This document shows positions 34,558 to 42,786 of a stretch of DNA of 51,604 nt, piece by piece. Under the pieces are notes generated by a model that made no database searches, was not told the origin of the DNA, and saw only the letters and a program-made list of their open reading frames with translations. Within the stretch, counting starts at the first letter, position 1. The number at the start of each line of letters is the position of its first letter. The DNA lies in NCBI GenBank assembly GCA_023267435.1, contig JAHFNH010000005.1:1-51604 (forward strand), written 5' to 3'. The translations under genes and the position numbers were made by a program. The DNA is from Candidatus Nomurabacteria bacterium (lineage in GTDB: Bacteria > Patescibacteriota > Minisyncoccia > Phycocordibacterales > UBA9973).

Positions 34558-35286
34558 CTATTTCAACAAACTATCAATCTTAGCTGTGACAGATTCGAGA
34601 GGTTCGGCGCCGGGGATAGTGTCTACTATTTTTCCATTTACTAAGATGAAACTGCTTGGTGTGCCGTTGACTCCAGCTTGAGTTCCATCAGCCATATCAG
34701 CTTTAACTTTATCGGAATATTTTCCAGAACTTAGGCATGTGTTAAATTTATTTAAATCAAGTCCGATGTTAGACGCGATTTTTGGAAGTTCTGCGATGTC
34801 GAGTCTGTTGTTGGATTCTGTTCTTGCGAAAATTTGGTCCGCATATTTCCAGAAAGTATTATTACCACCTTGTTCCCAAGCACATTCCATTGCTTCGGAT
34901 TCATGAAATGCTTTAGGGTGAAGTTCAGCAATAGGGAAGTGTCTGTAAACCCAAGCCACTTGTCCATTTTCTTTTGTTAATACTTGGTGCATTGTTGTAT
35001 CGAAAACTTTACAGAAAGGACATTCAGAATCAGAATATTCTACGATTGTTACTTTTGCGTTTGGATTTCCCAAAATATGTTCATCGGTTGAGACAGGTCT
35101 GATTTTTATATTAGCTACGTTTTGTACTGTGCCGTCGGTGGGTGCTACAGCTGTCGGTGTTCCACTTTTAATTAAGATTGCCCCAGCGATTAGGACTCCG
35201 GCTACGATTATTGCTCCAGCTATATTAAACTGGTTTTTATTGTTGCTAACACTACTGCTATTTGTATTTGTTTCGTTGTTTTCCAT
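34558..35286 (-). CDS. membrane-anchored DsbA-like thiol:disulfide oxidoreductase
   Basis: N-terminal TM helix and a thioredoxin-fold motif EYSDSECPFCKVF (CPFC). Confidence 0.85.
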   Translation of the reverse strand: MENNETNTNSSSVSNNKNQFNIAGAIIVAGVLIAGAILIKSGTPTAVAPTDGTVQNVANIKIRPVSTDEHILGNPNAKVTIVEYSDSECPFCKVFDTTMHQVLTKENGQVAWVYRHFPIAELHPKAFHESEAMECAWEQGGNNTFWKYADQIFARTESNNRLDIAELPKIASNIGLDLNKFNTCLSSGKYSDKVKADMADGTQAGVNGTPSSFILVNGKIVDTIPGAEPLESVTAKIDSLLK

Positions 35287-35411
35287 ATTTTTGTATTAAT
35301 TATTAATATCGTTATTGTAGCATTTTTTTTGGGTATGGTATACTTATACTAAATCTACTCGACAAAGTCGTTTGGGTAGAATATTTATAAATTAATTTAT
35401 TAAAAAAAGAT

Positions 35412-35735
35412 ATGCATGCAAATTGTAAAGGAGAATGTGGTAAAGAAGGTTGTGCAAAGAAGGGCTGTGGTATGAAAATAGTCGCTAAGGTTTTAATAAT
35501 CATCGGAGGATTAAACTGGGGTTTGATCGGCTTGGGAATGCTTTTAGGCAAGGCTGATGCATGGAATTTTGTCCATATGATTTTCCGATCTATGCCTTCT
35601 ATTGAGGCGATCATTTATGTGCTTGTAGGTGTTGCAGCAGTTATGAAAGTTTTCGGTTGCAAGTGTCACAAGTGTATGGGTGGTGCTTGTACAGCAGGGG
35701 ATAAAATGGCAGACAAAGGAGAAAGTATGATGTAA
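35412..35735 (+). CDS. DUF378-like membrane protein with Cys-rich N- and C-terminal tails
   Basis: Core IIGGLNWGLIGLGMLL is a typical DUF378 signature. Tails are HANCKGECGKEGCAKKGCG and GCKCHKCMGGAC. Confidence 0.8.
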   Translation: MHANCKGECGKEGCAKKGCGMKIVAKVLIIIGGLNWGLIGLGMLLGKADAWNFVHMIFRSMPSIEAIIYVLVGVAAVMKVFGCKCHKCMGGACTAGDKMADKGESMM

Positions 35736-35744
35736 TTTTTTATA

Positions 35745-35778
35745 AAAATCCCTCCGATTTAGGTCGGAGGGATTTTTG
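35745..35778 (+). terminator. intrinsic terminator
   Basis: 10-bp stem atccctccga/tcggagggat followed by a T-run. Confidence 0.85.
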
Positions 35779-35795
35779 CTTTTTAAGCGCTTTTT

Positions 35796-35804
35796 TGTTA
35801 TAAT
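35796..35804 (+). promoter_or_regulatory. extended -10 (TGTTATAAT)
   Basis: Located at 35796-35804. ATG 35819 is 14 nt downstream. Confidence 0.5.
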
Positions 35805-35818
35805 AAAACAATTAAATT

Positions 35819-37093
35819 ATGAATGTGCTCTCGGGAATAGTCTATGTTTTCACCTTTTTATCTGTATACGTACAGGTTTTTTTTCTTATTACCTTTTTAG
35901 AAAGGAAGAAAAATATTCTCATTCGAACTGGTTCTATAGAGTTAAACGAATATCCTGGAGTTACTGTAATCGTGCCTTGTTACAATGAATCAAAAACAAT
36001 AGAGTCTACCGTTGATTCGCTTATAAATTTAGATTATCCGAAAGATAAGCTGCATTTATTTATTGTCGATGACGGCAGTAAAGATAATACTTGGCAGATA
36101 ATTCAGGAAATCACAAAAAGGGAAGGATATGAAAATATAAAAATTTTTCACAAAGAAAATGGTGGCAAATACACTGCTCTTAATCTAGGTCTTGAAAAAG
36201 TTGAAACTCCCTTTGTTGGGTGTTTAGATGCCGACTCATTCGTTGATTCGCAAGCTTTAAAAAGAATAATGACTTATTTTTCCGACAAGCACACGATGGC
36301 TGTCGCCCCTTCTATTGTCGTAGATAATCCAAAAAATATTTTACAAGGAGCACAAAAAGCAGAATATCACATGGGTGTTTACAATAAAAAAATGCTGGCT
36401 TTCTTGGGCGGAATACATGTTACTCCTGGACCTTTTTCTATTTTTAGAAAAAAGGTTTTCGATGATTTAGGACCTTATCGACATGCTCATAATACCGAAG
36501 ATCAGGAGATAGCTCTCCGTATGCAAGAAAATCATTACAAGATCGAGCATTGCCCAGATGCATATGTTTACACTGTTGCGCCTAATACTGTCAAAAAATT
36601 ATATCGTCAAAGACTGCGATGGATATATGGTTTTATTAGGAATGCGATAGATTACAGGAGACTTATTTTCAAGAAAGAATTTGGCACGCTTGCTTTTTTT
36701 ACTTTACCATCCGGTTTGATTTCAGTTTTGTCGGCTGTTTTTTTGTTTATAATGTTGGCTTATAATTTAATTAATTTTATCCTCCACAAGATAGTGCAAA
36801 TTAACGCAGTTGGTATACATAATACGTTTTCAGGTTCCGGTTTCGATTTCTTTTTTTTCGACACGAAGACCATAGTTTTTGTTTCAATTATTTTGTATAC
36901 TTCAGTCATGATAGCTCTTCTGGTAGGGAAAAGTATGGTAGAAGGTAAACCGCGTATTTCATTTGATATGTTCTACTTTATGATTATTTATAGCGTAATT
37001 GCGCCATTTTGGATCCTTAAGGCACTTTTTAATGCCATAAGGTCTAGAGAGTCGAGTTGGACCCTGGAAAGGGATGTTAAGATGGCTAAATAA
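35819..37093 (+). CDS. processive family-2 glycosyltransferase (PgaC/NodC/chitin-synthase-like), membrane-embedded
   Basis: VTVIVPCYNES, DDGSKDNT, LDADS and the processive-GT2 motif QRLRW (YRQRLRWIYG). Has N- and C-terminal TM helices. Confidence 0.85.
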   Translation: MNVLSGIVYVFTFLSVYVQVFFLITFLERKKNILIRTGSIELNEYPGVTVIVPCYNESKTIESTVDSLINLDYPKDKLHLFIVDDGSKDNTWQIIQEITKREGYENIKIFHKENGGKYTALNLGLEKVETPFVGCLDADSFVDSQALKRIMTYFSDKHTMAVAPSIVVDNPKNILQGAQKAEYHMGVYNKKMLAFLGGIHVTPGPFSIFRKKVFDDLGPYRHAHNTEDQEIALRMQENHYKIEHCPDAYVYTVAPNTVKKLYRQRLRWIYGFIRNAIDYRRLIFKKEFGTLAFFTLPSGLISVLSAVFLFIMLAYNLINFILHKIVQINAVGIHNTFSGSGFDFFFFDTKTIVFVSIILYTSVMIALLVGKSMVEGKPRISFDMFYFMIIYSVIAPFWILKALFNAIRSRESSWTLERDVKMAK

Positions 37094-37787
37094 AAAAATG
37101 CAACAACAATTTGATTGGAAAAGATATGTAATAGTTTTCTTTATAACTCTAGGCTTATTTCTGACGGCTGTTTATGTCAGTAATTATTTCAGTGATAAAA
37201 AATTAAATCAATTGAAATCTATTCAGGATAATATATCTATTGATGTTCTTTCTTCAGAAACTCAATTTTCACTTCTTTCAGAACTTTCTTGTAAGAATGT
37301 TTCTGATTCAGTGCTCTCTAGTGAACTAAATGATCTCGGAAATAAACTTGAATGGAGCCAGCAAAATCTCGGAGCGACAGATGAAGTAAATTATTTAAAA
37401 AAATATTACTCTTTGCTTGAAATAAAAGATTACCTATTAGCCAAAAAGATTTCTTCCACTTGCGGAGTGAAATCAGCTTTCATACTTTATTTTTATACCA
37501 CTGCTCAAAATTGTAGCGAATGTGAGAAGCAGGGAATAGTTCTTTCAACATTACGTGAAAAGTATCCAGAATTAAAAGTTTATTCTTTTGATTTTTCTAC
37601 TGATCTTTCAGCAGTGAAAGCCATGCTTGATATATATAAAATACAAGACACAAAACTCCCAGCAGTAGTGATCAATGACGAGCTTCTAACTAGCTTTCAA
37701 AGCGTAGATGCTCTAGAATCACGCATTAAAGAATCTTTTAAACTTCAAGAACTAAAACCAGTAAAAACCACAAAGACTGCAAAATAA
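37074..37787 (+). CDS. membrane-anchored thioredoxin-fold-like protein (CSEC)
   Basis: TM helix YVIVFFITLGLFLTAVYV. FILYFYTTAQNCSECEKQG and LPAVVINDELL patterns. Alternative ATG at 37098 lies 4 nt after the GT2 stop codon. Confidence 0.7.
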   Translation: MLRWLNKKMQQQFDWKRYVIVFFITLGLFLTAVYVSNYFSDKKLNQLKSIQDNISIDVLSSETQFSLLSELSCKNVSDSVLSSELNDLGNKLEWSQQNLGATDEVNYLKKYYSLLEIKDYLLAKKISSTCGVKSAFILYFYTTAQNCSECEKQGIVLSTLREKYPELKVYSFDFSTDLSAVKAMLDIYKIQDTKLPAVVINDELLTSFQSVDALESRIKESFKLQELKPVKTTKTAK

Positions 37788-37865
37788 GTTTGCTTTTTAT
37801 GGAAATTGTGATATAATTGTCTTAGACAAATTTCTTTATATATTCACACTTAAACTCACATAGCT

Positions 37866-38261
37866 ATGGAAATGGAACTAGAAAACATGTTTTCCGATGA
37901 AACTTTCTTTTTATTTTTTCCTCCGGATAAAGTAAAAGAACTCACTTCAATTTTTGAAACTTTAAAATCAACAGCTGCGAAAGTTAAAATTCTTCAAAAT
38001 AAAAAAGAGCTAGAGGATGTTCTTTATAATAATTTTTCAAGATTAAATCCCAAGCCTGATGCAATTATTTATGACGAAGATTATGCTGGTATTGCTTTGC
38101 CGGTTGAAATGATCGAACGTGAAATCGAGCCGGTTTCAGTAAAATTCTTTTCTAACAAAGAACCTGTAATTTACGCAGAACACAAAAAGACTTTGAGTCT
38201 TTTTGTTCATAATGCTTTGTATTACATAAGATATAAAGTTAAAGAAGAAGAAAAAGTGTAA
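37866..38261 (+). CDS. hypothetical cytoplasmic protein (131 aa)
   Basis: ORF followed by a terminator. No motif recognised. Confidence 0.65.
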   Translation: MEMELENMFSDETFFLFFPPDKVKELTSIFETLKSTAAKVKILQNKKELEDVLYNNFSRLNPKPDAIIYDEDYAGIALPVEMIEREIEPVSVKFFSNKEPVIYAEHKKTLSLFVHNALYYIRYKVKEEEKV

Positions 38262-38277
38262 TATCAAAACAGTAAAC

Positions 38278-38311
38278 AAAAAACCTTCCATAAAAATGGA
38301 AGGTTTTTTTA
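38278..38311. terminator. bidirectional intrinsic terminator
   Basis: accttcca/tggaaggt stem flanked by an A-run and a T-run. It serves the plus-strand ORF and the minus-strand tRNA. Confidence 0.8.
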
Positions 38312-38320
38312 TTTTTCGGG

Positions 38321-38393
38321 AGCCGCCTCTCGGATTCGAACCGAGGACCTTCACTTTACAAAAGTGTTGCTCTACCAACTGAGCTAAGGCGGC
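38321..38393 (-). tRNA. tRNA-Thr (anticodon UGU), CCA not encoded
   Basis: Reverse complement is GCCGCCTTAGCTCAGTTGGTAGAGCAACACTTTTGTAAAGTGAAGGTCCTCGGTTCGAATCCGAGAGGCGGCT. This is a 73-nt cloverleaf with a 7-bp acceptor stem, GCTC/GAGC D stem, CTCGG/CCGAG T stem and anticodon loop TTTGTAA. Confidence 0.93.
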
Positions 38394-38472
38394 ATGTATT
38401 AAAAGGGGACATGAACTAATCTCTAATACTCAAACATACTATCAAATTTATCTTATTCTATCAAGCTTATTT

Positions 38473-38880
38473 TTAAGATTGATTTTTCTCTTCTTCCACT
38501 ATTTTGTGCTTAATTTTACTGATTTTTTGCTTGTAGTCTGATATCATTTTTAGGAATTTTGAAACTTCTTTATGGCTGGTGCTTTTTTCGAATTTATTTC
38601 TCGTAACTATTTTATGTATTTTTCTGGATAACTCATTGATTTTTCTTTTTATAGAATTCGAAACTCTAACATACAACCTAATTATAATAACCAAAAATAT
38701 AAAACCATATTTTTTGATATTTTTAGTGGCAATGTGTTTTACTTCTCGATGGTCTGGTATTTCAAACAGAAAATTATTTTCAGTCGGAACTTGCTGTGTT
38801 TTTGATAGAATTAATTTTCGTCCGATCATGAAGGCGATTCCCGCAAGTGATACGAAGAATAAAATTAATATTATTTGCAT
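38473..38880 (-). CDS. membrane-anchored hypothetical protein
   Basis: 135-aa ORF starting 5 nt downstream of tsf. N-terminal TM helix and a basic coiled C-terminal part. Confidence 0.65.
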   Translation of the reverse strand: MQIILILFFVSLAGIAFMIGRKLILSKTQQVPTENNFLFEIPDHREVKHIATKNIKKYGFIFLVIIIRLYVRVSNSIKRKINELSRKIHKIVTRNKFEKSTSHKEVSKFLKMISDYKQKISKIKHKIVEEEKNQS

Positions 38881-38885
38881 TGTTT

Positions 38886-39665
38886 TTATATAGAATAACG
38901 CTTTACTTCTTTGATTTTTGCTTTTGCACTTTCTAGGAGCTTGCTGATTGTTAGATCAGGGTTTTTAATGAAAGGTTGGTCGAGTAGGGTTTTTTCTTTG
39001 AAATAAGTATTTATTTTACCGTCCAACATTTTCTTTTTTATGTCTTCTGACTTGTCTACGTTTGCAACTTCTTTTTCGAATATTTCAACCATTATCTTCT
39101 TTGCTTCCTCACTGATTTCATCTGATGTAATATATTCTGGTTTCATTGCTGCGATATGCATTGCGATATCCTTGGCGAGCTCTACAGTACCTCCTTCCAA
39201 GCTTACAACGACAGCTGATTTGTTGTTGTGAACATAATTACCGATAACAGGTCCTTCGATTAAATATGAATCACCAAGTTGAATATTTTCTCCAGTTTTC
39301 TGGATGATTGGGTCGATTAAATCTTTTGCTCTTGCTTTCATTTTTTCAATTCCATCTTTTATTGCTATGTCGGCTAGGTTGGATAAAAGGGAAGTAAAGT
39401 CTTCGTTTCTGGAAACGAAGTCTGTCTCACAATGAAGAGCTATCAATACAGCTTTATTGGTATCTGTTTTGACTGTGACTGCGCCGTCTGCAGCTGTACG
39501 GTCTGCTTTTTTAAGCGCAATATCAGAACTAGTCTTTTTTAGAATAGCGAGAGCTTTATTCATATCTCCTTCAGCTTCTTCAAGAGCGCGCTTACATTGC
39601 ATTACAGAGATGCCAGTCGCATCTCTAAGTTCCTTTATTAACTCAGTTGTTATTGGTGATGACAT
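38886..39665 (-). CDS. tsf: translation elongation factor Ts
   Basis: N-terminal UBA-like ELIKELRDATGISVMQCKRALEEAEGDMNKALAILKK. Confidence 0.93.
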   Translation of the reverse strand: MSSPITTELIKELRDATGISVMQCKRALEEAEGDMNKALAILKKTSSDIALKKADRTAADGAVTVKTDTNKAVLIALHCETDFVSRNEDFTSLLSNLADIAIKDGIEKMKARAKDLIDPIIQKTGENIQLGDSYLIEGPVIGNYVHNNKSAVVVSLEGGTVELAKDIAMHIAAMKPEYITSDEISEEAKKIMVEIFEKEVANVDKSEDIKKKMLDGKINTYFKEKTLLDQPFIKNPDLTISKLLESAKAKIKEVKRYSI

Positions 39666-39674
39666 ATTTTTTTA

Positions 39675-40391
39675 TTAGGCTTCCTTGGTAGGCACAGACA
39701 TCTGGCCAGCCTTGTAAGCGTTAACGATAGCAGTAGTAAATAGTTTAATGGATGGTATTGATGCATCGTTTCCAACGATAGGGTAGTCGAGAGTTTTTAT
39801 GTTTGAATCAGAATTTACAAGGGAAACAACAGGAACATTTGATTTTCTAGCTTCAGTCGCGGCAATGTGTTCTGCCTTAGCATCAATGATAAACATTGCA
39901 TCAGGAGCTTTTTTAAGACCGATTAAGCCAGAGTAGTATTTTGAAAGTCTTTCCATTTTCTTGGCCATGACAACTCTTTCTTTTTTTGTATATTTGTCGA
40001 GTCCGCCTTCTACACTTTCTTTGCGGTAATTTTCAAGTTCGTTGATTCTTTTTTTGATTTCTACGAAATTACTTAAAGTACCTCCGATCCAGCGTTCGAT
40101 AACATAAGGCATATTTAATGATTCAGCTGCATTTTTTATTGCTTCGCGAGCTTCTGGTTTTGTACCGACAAAAAGAACAACTTTGTTGCGAGCACCGAGA
40201 CTCTTAATGAACTCAGATGCTTCATTTAACATAACGTTTGTTTTTTCAAGATCTATGATGTCTGTTCTGTTTTTAGTAGCATAAATATAAGAAGAAAGAC
40301 TTGGGTGCCTTCTTGTTTTAGAGTAGCCGTAATGTGCGCCGGCCTGAAACATTTGTTCTATTATTGCCTCATTATTTTCTATTTTTTGCAT
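39675..40391 (-). CDS. rpsB: 30S ribosomal protein S2
   Basis: MFQAGAHYGYSKTRRHPS.. is an S2 signature. ATG 40391 is preferred over the tracked 40436 because TAGAAT (40404-40399) sits 7 nt upstream. Confidence 0.92.
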   Translation of the reverse strand: MQKIENNEAIIEQMFQAGAHYGYSKTRRHPSLSSYIYATKNRTDIIDLEKTNVMLNEASEFIKSLGARNKVVLFVGTKPEAREAIKNAAESLNMPYVIERWIGGTLSNFVEIKKRINELENYRKESVEGGLDKYTKKERVVMAKKMERLSKYYSGLIGLKKAPDAMFIIDAKAEHIAATEARKSNVPVVSLVNSDSNIKTLDYPIVGNDASIPSIKLFTTAIVNAYKAGQMSVPTKEA

Positions 40392-40398
40392 GTCAGAT

Positions 40399-40427
40399 AT
40401 TCTAGCAGAAAGGCCCAATCTTTGCAA
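40399..40427 (-). promoter_or_regulatory. rpsB promoter TTGCAA-N17-TAGAAT, leaderless spacing
   Basis: -35 at 40427-40422 and -10 at 40404-40399. ATG at 40391. Confidence 0.55.
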
Positions 40428-40438
40428 ATTTCCCAACT

Positions 40439-40467
40439 TTGACTAAAAGGCTTTTTTCGGTTAAGAT
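40439..40467 (+). promoter_or_regulatory. proS promoter TTGACT-N17-TAAGAT, leaderless spacing
   Basis: -35 at 40439-40444 and -10 at 40462-40467. ATG 40475 starts 7 nt downstream. Confidence 0.55.
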
Positions 40468-40474
40468 GAGTCCC

Positions 40475-41734
40475 ATGAGACAATCTAAACTTTTCACAAA
40501 AACTAAGAAAGAAAACCCAGCTGATGAGGCTTCCAAGAACGCAGAGCTTTTGATTCGCGGAGGATTTATTCACAAAGAAATGGCTGGAGTTTATACTTAT
40601 TTACCCTTAGGTTTACGAACTCTTAAAAAAATTGAAAAGATAATTCGTGAAGAGATGAATGCTATTGGTGGCCAAGAGGTTTCTATGACAGCACTTCAAG
40701 ATCCAGAAATTTGGAAAAAAACAGGCAGATGGGACGATGATGTGGTGGATGTATGGTTTAAAACAAAATTAAAAAATGATACAGAGCTTGGACTTGGATG
40801 TACTCATGAAGAACCTATTACAAACATGATGACTAATTTTATTTCTTCATATCGAGATCTTCCAATGTTTGCTTATCAATTTCAAACAAAATTTAGAAAT
40901 GAACTTCGAGCAAAAGCAGGAATATTGCGAGGAAGAGAATTTTTAATGAAAGACATGTATTCTTTTTGTAAAGATGAAAAAGAACATGATGAGTTTTATG
41001 AAAAATCAAAAGTAGCGTACATGAATGTTTACAAGAGAGTAGGCTTGGGACACATTACATATATCGTATTTGCGTCTGGTGGAATGTTTTCAAAATATTC
41101 TCATGAGTTTCAAACTATCACTTCTGTCGGTGAGGATTTGATTTATTTAGATGAGAATAAGGGAATAGCTGTAAATAAAGAAGTTCTGAATGATGATGTT
41201 TTAACATCACTTGGATTAAAGCGTGAGAATTTAGTGGAACATAAAGCGATTGAAGTTGGAAATATATTTACATATGGTAAACGTTATTCTGAACCTTTGA
41301 ACCTTAATTTTATGAACGAAACAGGGGAAAGTAACCCTGTATTTATGGGTGCGTATGGTATTGGCGTGAGTCGCCTTATGGGCACTGTTGTTGAGGCATT
41401 GTCTGATGACAAAGGTATAATCTGGCCGGAAGAAATAGCTCCTTTTAAGGTTCATTTATTGGCTTTAGGAGATAGCGAGAAAGTTACAGCACAGGCAAAT
41501 ATGATCTACGAACAATTAAATGAAGCAGGTGTAGAAGTTCTTTTTGATGATCGTTTAGAAAACTCTGCTGGGGAAAAATTTGCTGATGCGGATTTGCTTG
41601 GCATGCCTTATCGAGCCGTTGTTTCTGAAAGAAGTATCACTGCTGGGGGAATAGAATTAAAAAAGCGTACAGAAGAAAAAGGAAAAATTGTTTCTTTAGA
41701 AGAATTGCTAAAAATTGTTTCCGAAAAGAATTAA
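40475..41734 (+). CDS. proS: prolyl-tRNA synthetase, bacterial type lacking the INS editing domain
   Basis: The MRQSKLFTKTKKENPADEASKNAELLIRGGFI start is typical of ProRS. Class II motifs are present (FRNELRAKAGILRGREFLMKD; GAYGIGVSRL). Only ~30 aa lie where the E. coli enzyme has a ~180-aa INS domain. Confidence 0.92.
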   Translation: MRQSKLFTKTKKENPADEASKNAELLIRGGFIHKEMAGVYTYLPLGLRTLKKIEKIIREEMNAIGGQEVSMTALQDPEIWKKTGRWDDDVVDVWFKTKLKNDTELGLGCTHEEPITNMMTNFISSYRDLPMFAYQFQTKFRNELRAKAGILRGREFLMKDMYSFCKDEKEHDEFYEKSKVAYMNVYKRVGLGHITYIVFASGGMFSKYSHEFQTITSVGEDLIYLDENKGIAVNKEVLNDDVLTSLGLKRENLVEHKAIEVGNIFTYGKRYSEPLNLNFMNETGESNPVFMGAYGIGVSRLMGTVVEALSDDKGIIWPEEIAPFKVHLLALGDSEKVTAQANMIYEQLNEAGVEVLFDDRLENSAGEKFADADLLGMPYRAVVSERSITAGGIELKKRTEEKGKIVSLEELLKIVSEKN

Positions 41735-41739
41735 AAAAA

Positions 41740-42786
41740 ATGTTTAAAAAATTTTACAAATTAATTTCAAATGATATCGGTATAGACTTGGGTACTGCTA
41801 ATACTTTAGTGTATTTGAAGGGTCACGGCATTGTGATCAATGAGCCTTCCGTGGTAGCAGTCAACCAAAAGACAAATCAGATTTTAGCTGTCGGTATGCA
41901 AGCGAAAGAAATGCTTGGCCGTACTCCAGGACACATCAAAGCCATTCGTCCGCTTGTCGATGGTGTCATTTCTGATTTCGAAGTTACTGAAGAAATGCTT
42001 TCTTATTTCATAAATAAAGCTGATAAAATTTCTAAGAAAATGGCGCGACCGAGAGTGGTGGTGGGTGTGCCATCCGGCACAACAAATGTCGAGACTCGCG
42101 CTGTGTATGATGCAGCTCGTAGTGCTGGTGCGCGCGAAGTTTATCTTGTCGAAGAACCTATGGCAGCTGCTATCGGTATACGTCTACCTACCAGAGAACC
42201 TGTCGGTTCGATGATTATTGATATCGGGGGAGGAACTACAGATATCGCAGTGATTTCTTTGGGAGGTATCGTAAAATCAAAAAATTTGAAAATAGCGGGA
42301 GATAGATTGAATAATGACATCATCACTTATATGCGTGATGAGTTTAAGATTTTAATCGGTGAGAAAACAGCTGAAGCTGTAAAAATAGCTATTGGTTCAG
42401 TTATTCCGGTTGAATATATGGAAACAGAAGTTCGTGGACGAGATTTACTAACAGGACTTCCAAGAGAAGTTGTGGTGACTGATTCTGATATCCGCGAAGC
42501 TATTTCATTGTCTATTAAAGAATTAGTGGAAGGAGTTAAGGATGTTTTAGAAACAACACCGCCTGAAATCCTTTCGGATGTTATGCATAAAGGTATTACT
42601 CTTTCTGGTGGCGGAGCATTGTTAACTGGTCTCGACCAGCTTCTTCAAGATATTTTGAAAATTCCTGTTTATGTCATCGATGATCCTCTTTCCGCTGTGG
42701 CTCGCGGAACAGGAGTTATATTGGATGATTTAGAATCTTATCGTGAAGCTCTAATCGGTAATCAAGATGAGTTACCTCCTAGATAG
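41740..42786 (+). CDS. mreB: rod-shape-determining actin homologue MreB
   Basis: DIGIDLGTANTLVY, VVGVPSGTTNVETRA and DIGGGTTDIAVISLGG. Confidence 0.95.
   Translation: MFKKFYKLISNDIGIDLGTANTLVYLKGHGIVINEPSVVAVNQKTNQILAVGMQAKEMLGRTPGHIKAIRPLVDGVISDFEVTEEMLSYFINKADKISKKMARPRVVVGVPSGTTNVETRAVYDAARSAGAREVYLVEEPMAAAIGIRLPTREPVGSMIIDIGGGTTDIAVISLGGIVKSKNLKIAGDRLNNDIITYMRDEFKILIGEKTAEAVKIAIGSVIPVEYMETEVRGRDLLTGLPREVVVTDSDIREAISLSIKELVEGVKDVLETTPPEILSDVMHKGITLSGGGALLTGLDQLLQDILKIPVYVIDDPLSAVARGTGVILDDLESYREALIGNQDELPPR

Noticed and set aside
35312-35988. Minus-strand ORF 35312-35614 and plus-strand ORF 35776-35988.
   Set aside because: The first is antisense to the DUF378 gene and its upstream region. 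The second is an out-of-frame overlap with the start of the GT2 gene and spans the preceding terminator.
38136-38378. 80-aa minus-strand ORF.
   Set aside because: It runs through tRNA-Thr (38321-38393) and the bidirectional terminator, and overlaps the 3' end of the plus-strand ORF. It is almost certainly spurious.
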